Source of the DNA: Fonticula alba ATCC 38817
Taxonomy: Eukaryota; Protista; Nucleariida
Assembly (NCBI GenBank): GCA_000388065.2
Contig: KB932206.1
Direction: 5' to 3' (one strand)
DNA: 28,129 bases
The position numbers were made by a program, and so were the translations under genes. The notes below the pieces were generated by a model. That model was not told where the DNA came from, did no database searches, and saw only the letters and a program-made list of their open reading frames with translations. Positions 14,868 to 25,805 of this stretch are shown here, one piece after another. Within the stretch, counting starts at the first letter, position 1, and each line of letters begins with the position of its first letter.

Positions 14868-17296
14868 TGCTGCCGTGGCTGTCGTCCATGCCATCGTCGG
14901 AATGGGAGAGGTCCGCATCCTCGTGGCCGCGGCAAAGGAGCCGCTTGAGCTTGCGCGGCTTGTATGCCCGGAAGGAGTCGAAGCACTGGTCAAAGGTTGG
15001 CAGGGACGACGATCCCGGGTCGCCGTTCGCACCGCCGGGGCCGGTGGCATTTCCCTGGCCGCCACCGGTTGGCGGAGGCGACCGATCATCGCGGGACCCG
15101 CCGCTGTCATCGCTCGCCGAGGCCTCGAGGGTGGACCCGGCGGCCGACCGGCGCCGCGACCGCGGCCAGCCCGCCTCCCCGGTGCTCATGGCTGCGGTGT
15201 TGGTGATTGAGCCGGCACCGGGTGCCACGGCGTCGGCAGGGTATTTCATCAGCCAGGGGTCAGATGGAGCGACGGCTTGCCGCCGAGGGGCGATGGCAAA
15301 AAGGCCCGGCTGCCGGCCGTGCCGCGGCCGGTGCGGGCCCTCCTCCTCCTCCTCCTCCCCCTCGGGCCTGGGGCTGCCCTCCTCCCCCGGCTGCTGCTGC
15401 CGGTCGCCACCGTGGCCACGACCGAAGCGCCGGAGCAGGCGCCGGCAGTGGCGGCGGCGGCGGCCGCGCATCCGCTCGGGCACATAGCTGTCGCCGCTGC
15501 CGCCGTCGCCGCTGCCGCCGTCGCCGCTGCCGCCGTCGCCACCGGTCGGAGGTGGCTGGTCATGCTCCCCCCCTGCCCGATTGCAATGGCCCTCCCCCCC
15601 CTGCTGGGACTTGGGTGACCGGCGTGCACGCACCGCCTGGCTGCCCGGGGTGGTCGCATCACCGCCAGCTGAGGAGGAGAATGAGGTAGTGGTGGTGGTG
15701 GTGGCGGTGGTGGCGGTGGCAGCGGCGACGGCGGCGCCGGGGGCGGCACCGCTGGCAGGCTTCCGCCCGCCGCCCCCCGCGGGCGGGCCGTCGGTGGTGA
15801 CGACCATCCGAGCACCAGCCCGGAAGGTCGGCTCGGCGGCATACACGCCACTGGGAATGGCCCCGGCCCGCTTGGCCTCGATCAGGATGCGCAGGCGCTC
15901 CTCCAGGTGGGTGAAGTCCACATCGCCGGTGTCATTGTCGAAGAGGAACCAATCGCGCTCGGCATAGTCCCAGAAGCCGGTCGGGACGATGGTGATCTGG
16001 TCGTCGGAGCGGAACTTGGCCGCCAGGTCGCTGAGCCCGGAGCGCGCCATCACCAGCACATCGGTGGCCGCCATGTGGGAAATGGTAAACAGCAGGTCGG
16101 CATTCAGGTGGAGCTTCAGGTGTGGGACCGACTGCAGCACGGCAAAGTCCGCCGGGGCCCCCTGGGAGAAGAGGTGAACGTGCACCTCCGGCATGGTGCC
16201 CCACTTGTGGGCCGGCCGGGCCCCGGACAGGGCCCAGTCCCGCCGGGCGTCTTCACTGACCGGGGCGGTGCTGATGCCGGGCAGGGTGGCCGTGCTGCGG
16301 CCCTCCCGAGCCAGGGCCTGGTGGAGGAGGTCTTCCAGGCGCGGAGCCGGCGATGTGGCCTCCTGGGCCTGGATCCTCTGGAGGATGGCCCCCAGCTCGG
16401 CGAGCAGCTTGTCGATGAGCTTCCGGTGGGCCGATGTGTTGGTCCACCGGCTCTGGTGCTCTTCCTTGGCGGCGACGGCGCCCTTGGCGCTGCCGACGAT
16501 GTCCCCGCGCCGCACATGCAGGGCCACATTGATGGCGGAGTTGTCGAACTCGTACTGGATCGGGTGGCTGGAGGTGGGGGGGGTGAGTTTCCTTTCGTGG
16601 CCCTGGTATCGCAGCTTCACAGGGCTTCTCTCTCTCTCTCTCTCTCTCTCTCCCTTTCTCTCTCCTCGTATGCCCCATGGCGGAGCTTCCGTGCGCACAC
16701 CTGCCGCCCCTTCTCACCCCCAGTCGCTTCCCCGCTTGCTATCGGCCGTCCGGCTGCCTGGCCGTCCCGCTCCTGCCCTGGCATGGCCTCCGCTCGGATT
16801 GGCCATTGAGCACAGGGAGGAGATGCAACGCGCGGCAGCGCAGGCCCCCCTCGTCACAGCAGGGCCTGCCCGGGGAGGAGGTGCAGCCGTACCGTTGGCG
16901 TGCGATGCGCCACTTCTCACGAAGAACCGGCCGCAGGCCGGACAGGTCCATGGTCACCGGCTGGGGGGGCTGGTGGAAGACGACATTGCACTGCCCGGCG
17001 TACTGGGCAATCTGCGAGGCAATATCACACTCCTCATTGACTCCCACCCCGGGCTCAACCTCCGGGCACTTGAGGGGGACCACCTTCAAGCAGGGGAGGA
17101 ATTGCGAACAGGGCTGGCCATTCTTGCCGGCGGTGCAGATCTCCCTATGTCCGGTGTCCGGTGTTCGGCGTGTGCGTCAGTATTTGACCTGCGCCGAGGC
17201 ACCCGGCGTGCTTGTCTGTGTGCTGCGCCAGAGGAGCCCCCCCTGGTCATGTGTGCGCGTGTGTCTCTGTCGGCGGCCGCGGGCACCGGGCCGTCT

Positions 17297-17351
<55 letters not shown>

Positions 17352-19616
17352 GCGCACCGATAGCGATACTGCTCACCGAGCCCGAGCCCGAGGAACTGGT
17401 CAAGCACCGTGCGCTCCTTTTGGTTGGGCATGATGAGCGAGTGCAGGAAGGTCAAGTTGTACATGACGGCCATCGCGTAGCCGTGTTTCCTGTTGCCAGC
17501 GCCAAGCGAGGACCGGGGGAAGAAAAGGCCCATGCGCCAGGGATGGGGCTCTGTCAGCGGTCGATGGCACGGACTCCCTCCTTTCGCGCGCCCCGCCGCC
17601 CCTTCCGTCCTCCTGCGCGTCTTTGCCTGATTCGCGCAAAGGCGCCACCAGGGGGGGGGGGCGCGCGTGCGCTGTCCCTCCCCCCCAGCGCGCGCGGGGC
17701 AGTCCCGTTCCCGCCCTCCGCTCCTCCGGGCTTTCCGAGGCTTGCGTACCAATTCGTCACAAAATGGCCGACGTGCGCCCCGCGGTTCGGCCACACGGCC
17801 AGATACTGCCGGCACTGGTTGGTCTCGCCGGGCACCCCGGCGCCACAGTACTTCTCCGTATGCTGGTCGTGCAGCTCGCGAGGCCACTTCTCGGCCATGG
17901 TCGACCGCAGGATGCTGGGCTTGCTCATGAAGTCCGCGTGCAGCTCCTCGTGGAGCTTCTGCGCAGCTGCTCGACCATTCGCAGCACGGTGCCCGACGCG
18001 TGCATGGCCATGTGTTAGGGGGGCTCACCTCTCCGATAACCCCCCCCCCCCCCCTCCACCCCTCCCGGGTCTGAGGGCCTGCGGGAGGAGGGCCGTTCTG
18101 CCGGCCTCTTGCGCCGGCCCCGCCCCCCCGCCCCCGCTTCGGCGCTTCGGGCCGGCCGCCCTGCCTGGGGCATCGGCACTGGTGCATGGTCCTGGGCCGG
18201 GTGGCGTACTTTTGAGCTTGGTCACGGGCGGCCCCCACTCGGGCAGCACGCGCGCCACGGCCTGCACCAAGTTCGAGTGGTACCGGTCGGTGATGTGCGC
18301 CGGCGGCTTGAAGTGCTGTGTCGACATGGTGGCAATCCGGGGGAAGAGCTCCAGGAGGTTGGTCCCCCCGACGGGGCTGACATTGACCGACGGCACGACC
18401 GACAGGGTGGCTGCCGGGGAGGCGGCCGCGGCTCCGCCGGCGCCTGGGCCCTGGGTGACCGGGGCCGCGGGGGGCTTCCCGGCCACCGGGACCACTCCAG
18501 CCGCGGGGGTCTTCTTGCTGGCATCGGGGCCGCTGTTGCTGTTGCTGCTGCTGTCGGGCTGGCGTCCGGCCGGGTCCTTGGGGGCGGCGGTGGCCGGGGC
18601 CCCGGGGCTGGACCCCGCGGCACTGGCGGCATCCCCCACCCGCAGGGCCTCCTCCGGGAGAGCATGGACATTGTAGTACTCCTCCTCGGAATAGGTGACA
18701 AGGCCGTCCATGCCGGCATGGACCTTGTAGTTGAAGGGGACATACTCATTGAAGCCGAGCATGATCATGTCGTCGTCGCTGTCCAGGGCACCGTGCTCGG
18801 GCGCGGCATTGGCCTTGCGCTCGGCCTCGGTGGCCATCTTGACCAGGGTATAGTAGTTGGGCGAGGTGTAGCGGTTGCGGAGGTCGGTGGATGTGATGTG
18901 GGGCGCTGCTCACACCGAGGGGCCGGACGCGGGGGGGGGNNNNNNNNNNNNNNNNNNNNNNNNNNNNNNNNNNNNNNNNNNNNNNNNNNNNNNNNNNNNN
19001 NNNNNNNNNNNNNNNNNNNNNNNNNNNNNNNNNNNNNNNNNNNNNNNNNNNNNNNNNNNNNNNNNNNNNNNNNNNNNNNNNNNNNNNNNNNNNNNNNNNN
19101 NNNNNNNNNNNNNNNNNNNNNNNNNNNNNNNNNNNNNNNNNNNNNNNNNNNNNNNNNNNNNNNNNNNNNNNNNNNNNNNNNNNNNNNNNNNNNNNNNNNN
19201 NNNNNNNNNNNNNNNNNNNNNNNNNNNNNNNNNNNNNNNNNNNNNNNNNNNNNNNNNGGGGGGACAGGTACGGGCCCCATCGGCCGCGAGAGCGTGTCAG
19301 TCGTCCTGATATGCCGGGCATTGGGGCCTCGGTGAAAGGCCTCTCCCCCGGCGGGGTCGGGCTCGCGCGAGCGCGCACCTTTTTCCGTCTCCCCGGCGCC
19401 CGGCCGCCGGCGGAGGACATACTCCTCCTCCTCGGCCAGTGGGGTGATCAGTTTCCCCTGGGCCACTTGCTCCTGGATGATGCGCCGGAATTGGGACGTC
19501 TGTTCGTTGCTGACTCGCCGCAGGGCCACCATGCCGACCACGGTGAAGAGCCCGACAAAGGCCGACAGCTGCGCCAGGCGCAGCAGCCGGCGCCTGGAGC
19601 TGTAACGCAACACCAT
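14560..19616 (-). CDS. Type II membrane glycosyltransferase, alpha-1,2/alpha-1,6/O-fucosyltransferase (GT-B; GT11/GT23-like) superfamily. Exons 19616-19379, 18905-18210, 17966-17750, 17489-17358, 17144-16893, 16567-14560; about 1180 aa if no exon lies in the gap
   Basis: Short basic N-terminus plus transmembrane segment (MVLRYSSRRRLLRLAQLSAFVGLFTVVGMVAL). GHFVTNWKHGYAMAVMYNLTFLH segment. GDP-Fuc-binding motif I VALHVRRGD (16527-16501) and motif III-like DVLVMARSGLSDLAA. The exon phases chain consistently. The exon 1 end is uncertain and acceptor specificity is unknown. Confidence 0.75.
15490..15540 (-). repeat. 15-nt tandem repeat (gtcgccgctgccgcc x3.4) encoding (GDGGS)n in the glycosyltransferase tail
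   Basis: Directly visible in the sequence. Confidence 0.9.
17305..17349. repeat. (CT)n/(AG)n microsatellite in a glycosyltransferase intron; similar tracts occur near 6790, 9745, 11510, 13821 and 16628
   Basis: Directly visible in the sequence. Confidence 0.9.
18940..19257. other. Assembly gap (318 N) in glycosyltransferase intron 1
   Basis: N run. Confidence 1.
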
Positions 19617-20722
19617 CGGCGGCGCGCGCAACACACGCACGGCGGCCTGTCCCGGCGCAGGGCGGCAGCCAAGGGTCGCGGTGTGCGATCGGTCGGGGGA
19701 CGGAAGAAGGGGCAAAAGGGATGGCAGACAGAGGGCGCGCGCGGGGGGGGGGAGGGGCTGATGCGAACGAGCGAGCGAAGGGGGCGCGAAGGCGGCAGGT
19801 GGGGAAGTGCGACTGACCGGGGCGTCCAGGCGGGGAGGGTCCCCTTTTTGTTTCCCGCCGCCCCTCGGCCCGGCTCCCCGCACCGACGCAGCCGCCCTTG
19901 CCGCCGCTGCTCCGGGCCTGCCCCGCCTGCCGCAAGGCGTCGAGGCCCCCCGCGCCAGGGATAGGGGAAGGGTGGGGGCCTCCCCGGGCGCACGCTCGCG
20001 TGCGGCTCCCATCCCGGACCGCTGCAGCGTGAGGCCCGGGCGCTTATCGCACACGCTGGCTCGGGCAGATCGATTAGGCCGCTGAGATAGGCCCGGCCCG
20101 ACCTCAGCCCCGGCACTGGTCCTTGCTCGGCCGGGCCCCCGATGGCCGCATGGCGGACGCACGAAGAAACGTGGGCACATCGGCCGAGGAACCCCCCGCC
20201 CTCCGGCCCTCCGCCCTCCCCCGTGTCCCGCCTCATCGAGCACGATCGGGCCCGCGCCGCCGCCGCCGCCGCCACCCCCCGGGTTATGCCGACGGGCCCC
20301 CCTCTATTGTCTCAGGGGGGGGGGGGGGGGGGGAGAATGTCATGATTGACGCCACGCCCCGCCGCCCCCCTCCGGCTCCTCCCCCGGGGGGGAGGCGCAC
20401 GCCATGCTCACCCTACGTGGGCCCGCCCGGGTGAGATAATGCCAGGAGGCCTGCACCCGATCCTCCAGGCCCCCCCTCCCGCTTGGGCGAACTAGTTCCT
20501 CGTTGCCGCCGCCACAGGCACGGCGAAAATGCGCAGCACGGCCAGCATGCTCGATCTTCGCCGAGGGGGGATCCTTATCGCCCAGGGAGGGGCAGGGGAC
20601 TACCCCACAACACCATCCATGGTCATGTGTACCATTGCATTCCTATACCTATCAGCTGATTAGAGCACATTCCCTCGCCGCTGGCAATTGCGGCAGCCGC
20701 CCCTCCCCCCCCCCCCCCCCCC

Positions 20723-21057
20723 NNNNNNNNNNNNNNNNNNNNNNNNNNNNNNNNNNNNNNNNNNNNNNNNNNNNNNNNNNNNNNNNNNNNNNNNNNNNNN
20801 NNNNNNNNNNNNNNNNNNNNNNNNNNNNNNNNNNNNNNNNNNNNNNNNNNNNNNNNNNNNNNNNNNNNNNNNNNNNNNNNNNNNNNNNNNNNNNNNNNNN
20901 NNNNNNNNNNNNNNNNNNNNNNNNNNNNNNNNNNNNNNNNNNNNNNNNNNNNNNNNNNNNNNNNNNNNNNNNNNNNNNNNNNNNNNNNNNNNNNNNNNNN
21001 NNNNNNNNNNNNNNNNNNNNNNNNNNNNNNNNNNNNNNNNNNNNNNNNNNNNNNNNN
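20723..21057. other. Assembly gap (335 N) in the divergent intergenic region
   Basis: N run. Confidence 1.
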
Positions 21058-21448
21058 CGGCTGTTTGCCCCTGTCCCGCCCCTGCCACGAAGCATCTCTT
21101 CTTCGCCTGCGTCGCCCGGAGAGCACACCGTCCAGAAGGGGGGGGGTCTGGGCACCAGTTCGCTCGGACGAGAACGCGGACAGGAGCGCGGACCGCTCTC
21201 CGCCCATTGGCGCGATCGGCACCCGGAGCGGAGCCACGCCCAGGCGGCCCTGGGCCTTTTTTCGGCCCCCGCAGCCGGGGCCCCCCATCGCGCCCGAGCC
21301 GTCGGTATCTCCCTCCACCTCCATCTCGCCTGCTCTCTTCCTCCCTCTGTGTCTCGCCGAATCTCCCCCCCCCCCCCCCCCCCCCCCCCCCCGACCCCCC
21401 CCCCCCCCCCCTCCCCCCCTCCCCCCCCCCCCCCACCCCCCCCCCGCC

Positions 21449-22812
21449 ATGAGCTGTCGCTCCTCCAGTGGGGTATGCCACCTGGCCGCTTCCTCCCTCC
21501 CGCCCTCCCTCCTCGCCGCCACCACTCACCTGCCCACCTTTGCCATGGCACCGCCTGCTGCTCCGGCGCCTGCCCCGCACCGCCGCAGGTGACCACCCAC
21601 TTGATCAGTGACCTGCACTCGCGGCTGCAACTGGTCGAGCAGGAGTGCATCGCCCCGGCCGGCGGGTGCCTCGCACAGGCGGCCCTGCTGAGCCACGAGG
21701 GCACGGTCCTCTGGGCCTCGCCGCTGGCCCAGCACATGCAGGCCTCGCCCTCGCCACCGGGCTCGGCCTCCGGGCACCAGCCCCCGGGGGTGGCCTCCAC
21801 GAGGCTCTCCTCGCTGACCCAGCCGGGCATCCTCTTTCCCCAGTACCCGGGGCTGTGTCCGGATGGGGGCCCGGCGGCCGGGGCGCCCCCGCCGGGCGCG
21901 AGCGCCGTCTGCCCGGGCCCCACCGACCCGGCGGCCGGGCCCCCCGCCTCGGGGCCCCACCCACCGGGGCCCGGGCGGCCGAAGTCGGCTCCCGGCGGTC
22001 GATCCTCCTCCCACCCGCCGGCCGGCGGGTCGCCGGGGATGAGCGTGGCCTCGCCGCCGGCGCCGCCACCGCTCCCGCCCTCCGGCGGCCGGTCCCTTTC
22101 CAGCCCCGGGCCTGGGGCCGGGTCCACGTCGTCCCCCTTTTCCACCCTGTCGCGGGGGTTCAACCTCGGCGCGCGGCGGTCGAAGAAGAACAAGTCCACC
22201 GCCCTGGCCATCGGCCAGCCCGGGCACGGCAAGCCCAACAAGGGGGGCATCTCGCCGCCCCCGGCGGCCGTCGGCCCCGGGGGCCTGGCTCGGCTCGGCC
22301 TGTCGCCCGACGTGCCGGTGGACCCGGTGCAGGGATGGTTCATGCCTCTCAATGCCGAGCTCGTGGTCCTCCTCCATGGGAGCGTCATCCAACTCGGTGC
22401 GCCTGGTGTGCCATCCGGCCGGACACCGCTTTGGGCCCTGCTCTAACCCGTCCCCCCCCCCCCCCCTCTCGCCCGACCTGCGCCCGGCACCCCTGGCGGC
22501 GTCCCCGGTCTGCGCATGCATGTATGGCGCTCCCTCTCTCGCTCGCTCGCTCGCTCGCTGGCCCTCCCCGTGCTGCCAGCCAAATGCCTGGGCGCGCTGC
22601 ATGCGCCCTCGCTGCTGCTGTCCGGGCATCGGCACATCCTGATCGGCTTCGACCTGTCCATCGGGATATTGGTGCTGCTGGTGTCATCCAGCGCGCACTC
22701 GCTCCAATGCCCGGACGTGACCGACGAGGATATGTTCACCCTGGGCGCCTCGGTGTCCGGGTATCTGGATTCGATTCGCATCCTGCTGGAGGGCCTGACC
22801 CGGGTGCATTAG
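21449..22812 (+). CDS. Hypothetical protein, probable Roadblock/LC7 (MglB/LAMTOR-like) fold with a large P/G/S-rich insertion. Exons 21449-21472, 21589-22396, 22580-22812; 354 aa
   Basis: gccATG; GGG|GTATGC...GCAG| (phase 0); CTCG|GTGCGC...CCAG| (phase 1); stop TAG 22810-22812. The ordered halves HLISDLHSRLQLVEQEC...AQAALLSHEGTVLWAS and AELVVLLHGSVIQLGAKCLGAL...SLLLSG-HILIGFDL-GILVLLVSS...DMFTLGASVSGYLDSIRILL match Roadblock secondary-structure order by eye. The fold call is inference. Confidence 0.65.
22538..22557 (+). repeat. (CTCG)5 microsatellite in the last intron of the Roadblock-like gene
   Basis: Directly visible in the sequence. Confidence 0.9.
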
Positions 22813-23092
22813 GGGCCGCGATCCAGGCCCCGGGCCGGGGCGCCCGCACGCCGTGGCGCCCACTCGGTGATGATGCGTTTCCAAATAGACAGCCTCCCCA
22901 TGTGCCTCTCTCTCTCTTGGACGCCCAGCGCCCTGGCCAAAGGCGAAGGGCGAACACCTACGTCACGGGGGGGGGGGAGGGGAAGGGGCGGGCGGCCACG
23001 AGCAGGTCTATTTTTTGTATGCGCCCGTGGTCATGGGGGTAAAGGGAAAGGGAGGGGGGCCGAGCAGGAGCCATGCACGAGGGAGCCCAGGG

Positions 23093-24820
23093 TCAGTGGC
23101 CGTGGCCGAGGTCCGGCGTGTCGATGCGAGCCTCGCCCCGGAGGGTGGCGATGATGCCGGCGACGGTTCCCGGCCGCTGCAAAAGCAGGTGATGCCCGGC
23201 ATCACTGAGGCGGAAGGCCGGCCAGGCGTCCGGCAGTGCCAGCGCCTGCGGCCGGAGGACCTCCTCAATGGGATTCACCCGGTCCAGGTCGCCGGCCAGC
23301 GGGACGAAGGTCGGCAGGCGCAGGCCCTCGGCCGGCGGGCTGCTCCAGTCCAGGCTCCCGGTCAGGGGCCCGCCGCAGAAGAGCGCCTGGCCGGCGTACG
23401 CCAGCTTGCGGATGTCCTTCTCCGAGGCGGTGGCCGCCAGGAGCTGGCGGCGGAATTGCTCGGGGTCCTGGGGCCCGAGGCGGCGATCGGCTGCCAGGGC
23501 CTCCGAGTCCAGCCAGGCGTCCACAGGATGGGGGGCGGGCGGCGGGTCGCCGGCCGCCGCGGCGATGGCCGTCAGCCGCCGGAGGCTGCTGCTCCGAGTC
23601 AGGGACAGGAAGAGGCTCTCCGGGTGGGTGTGGCCCTGGCCCTGGAAGTAGGCCATCTGCGCGGCCAGCACCGCCGGAAAGGCCTCCGGCCCTGGCAGCG
23701 AGAGGCCCACCCCGGTGGGGCCGGCGCCCGGCGGCCCGGCATCCAGCCGCCGGAGGGCCAGCTGGCCGACATGGCCCTCGACCGCCAGGCTGGGAGCCTG
23801 GCCGGTGGCCAGCAGCTGGAGCAGCCGCCGCTGCGGGCGCACCGGGATCGGTCGGAGGACGGCCCGATGCGGCCCGGGCACCGAGGCACAAAAGACGAAA
23901 CGCACCCGCCGGGCGAAATCCGGCCGCCGGGCCAGGTAATGCCCCAGCAGGGCGAAGGACACATCGTGCACCAGCAAGTCCACCGGGAAGTGGCTGGCCT
24001 GGGGGAGGGCCTGCTGGAGGAAGTCCTCCAGGTGCTGGAGATGGTGGTCCAGGCTCGGCGGCCCGAGGCCGCACAGGGGCAGCGGCCCGGCCCCGGCAAA
24101 GGGCGCCCCGGTGTAGATCCCCGGCGAGCAGTCCGGCCGGGCCACGTGCAGCAGGTTGGTTGACGAGCATGTGGCAGTGGGTGCCATGGCCACGATGTGC
24201 CCGCTGCCGTGGCCGCTCTCGTGGCCGTTGCCGTGGCTGCCATTGACTGCGCCGCAGCGGCTGCTGCTCATGTCGGAAAAGGCCAGCAGCCTGCCGGCCA
24301 GAGATAGATCGGCTGCCGGGAAGCCGGCGGAAGTGCTGCCTCGGCCCGGGGCCGTGCCCGGGTCGGGGCCGCGGCCGCCCCCGGCGCCCCTGCCGCCAGC
24401 CCCCCCGGGCTCGAAGGCGTGGCAAAAATACCCGGCAGCCATGTCCTCCGAGCTGATCGGCCGCCGCGGGGGGAACAGGTCGCGCAGGGTGAAGGGCATG
24501 GTGCCGGGGATGGAGTGCAGGAGGTCCGGCGCCAGGAAGGGAATCCCCCGGCGGAAGAGGGCTCCGGCCAGCGGGGCCAGCGCATGGGCATCTGCCGGAC
24601 ACCCATGCAGGCCGATGACCGGGACACTTTGAGGGAGTCCGGGCTCGTCGCGCGGGGCCCCGGGCCAGAGGGCGGGCGTGGGGGCCGTGCGCCGGGCCGC
24701 CGGCGATTGGGCCAGCATCAGGCGAGTGTCATACCAAGTGACGCGGTCGCCATGTCGCCGGCAGGCTGGTGAAAAGCGTAGGACACCTCCGGCCGCTGTC
24801 CGAAGCGGCGCGGGGAGCAT
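23093..24820 (-). CDS. Alpha/beta hydrolase fold protein (epoxide hydrolase / haloalkane dehalogenase-like), apparently single exon, 575 aa, putative mitochondrial presequence
   Basis: Oxyanion motif VIGLHGCP, FLAPDL, Asp nucleophile elbow DLLVHDVSFAL (Asp 23965-23963), LAGDLD, catalytic His in DAGHHLLLQRP (23194-23192). Start chosen at ATG 24820 (MLPAPLRTAAGGVLRFSPACRRHG: Arg-rich, no acidic residues); the upstream in-frame sequence is repeat-derived. Confidence 0.8.
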   Translation of the reverse strand: MLPAPLRTAAGGVLRFSPACRRHGDRVTWYDTRLMLAQSPAARRTAPTPALWPGAPRDEPGLPQSVPVIGLHGCPADAHALAPLAGALFRRGIPFLAPDLLHSIPGTMPFTLRDLFPPRRPISSEDMAAGYFCHAFEPGGAGGRGAGGGRGPDPGTAPGRGSTSAGFPAADLSLAGRLLAFSDMSSSRCGAVNGSHGNGHESGHGSGHIVAMAPTATCSSTNLLHVARPDCSPGIYTGAPFAGAGPLPLCGLGPPSLDHHLQHLEDFLQQALPQASHFPVDLLVHDVSFALLGHYLARRPDFARRVRFVFCASVPGPHRAVLRPIPVRPQRRLLQLLATGQAPSLAVEGHVGQLALRRLDAGPPGAGPTGVGLSLPGPEAFPAVLAAQMAYFQGQGHTHPESLFLSLTRSSSLRRLTAIAAAAGDPPPAPHPVDAWLDSEALAADRRLGPQDPEQFRRQLLAATASEKDIRKLAYAGQALFCGGPLTGSLDWSSPPAEGLRLPTFVPLAGDLDRVNPIEEVLRPQALALPDAWPAFRLSDAGHHLLLQRPGTVAGIIATLRGEARIDTPDLGHGH

Positions 24821-24931
24821 CGGCTGACGAGGCTCCGGGGATGGGCGAAGGAGGCGACGGGCGCCCGGGCCAAGGGGAGAGGGCGCAACAGTGGCGGGTG
24901 GTGGACAGGCAGGCGGGATGCGGAAGCGGTA

Positions 24932-24971
24932 GCGGAGGCGGAGGCGGAGGCGGAGGCGGAGGCGGAGGCGG
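24932..24971. repeat. (GCGGAG)6 hexamer repeat upstream of the hydrolase start
   Basis: Directly visible in the sequence. Confidence 0.9.
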
Positions 24972-25524
24972 GATGGGGTGGATGGTGGATCTGCCCTGGA
25001 GCGAGCTCTTGATAAAAGGGGGCCCCGGAAAAAGGTGTCCGCTGCCCGTGGTGAGGCAGCAATCTCCCCCTCCCCCTGTGAGCAGGCACCTTCCTTCCAG
25101 AAGGACATCTGCGTGTGAAAGTGCCCCTATGTCGGGACGGGGGGGGGGGGGGATGGAGGGGCCCCGGTGGCACATGTGCCCGGGCGTGCGCCGTCCGCCG
25201 GGGGGGAACCCATTGGAAGGCGTGTATCCCGGGTGAGTGTGCGATGGGTCAGCCGACATCCGATCGACTGCGCTCCCCGGCTGGCTCCCCGCGCCGCCCC
25301 CCCGCCCAGCCGGGCAGCAAAAGAAAGAGGAGAGTCAAGTCGCCCCCGCCCACCCGTCTGCACGCCGCCGTCGCAGGGGGCGGCAGAGCGGGACATCGAT
25401 CGTGCGCGGATGGCGCGCTGGCAGCAGCATGTCACGCCGGGCCGGGCACATGTCTGGTCACGTTGTCGCCGGCGGAAAGCCCACAGTTCCTCCACCTTGA
25501 GATGCTGTTCGGGGGTGGTGCTCA

Positions 25525-25530
25525 TTTATT
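25525..25530 (-). terminator. Putative polyadenylation signal AATAAA of the subtilase gene
   Basis: tttatt on the + strand, about 276 nt downstream of the S8 stop. Confidence 0.5.
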
Positions 25531-25805
25531 GGGGGGGGAACTGGTCTCTTGCATCGTCGATGCCGGGCGGGGCGGACCGGGCGAGCGAGCCGCCGGCCGC
25601 GGGACGAGCCGCCGTGTGTGTTTGGCTCGAGCCCTGGGGCTTGTTGTGCGGCTTCCCGGGGCCCGGCTCGGCCCGATGGCCGCCCGCTCGCCCGGAAGAC
25701 CCGTGTCTCCATCCGGGCCAAGCGATCGGCCTTCGCGTCGGCCTCCTGCTGGGGGATTGCCGCCGACGGCGGGCGGCTCCCTGCGGCACCGGGGCGCGGG
25801 CTCTT

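Noticed and set aside
20503-21448. Upstream extension of the 20503..22446 ORF and other ORFs crossing N gaps or poly-C runs
   Set aside because: These are artefacts of Ns and homopolymers lacking stops.
24821-25108. N-terminal extension of the hydrolase ORF (MSFWKEG...RLRLRLRL)
   Set aside because: It translates a hexamer microsatellite; the downstream ATG gives a cleaner presequence-like start.
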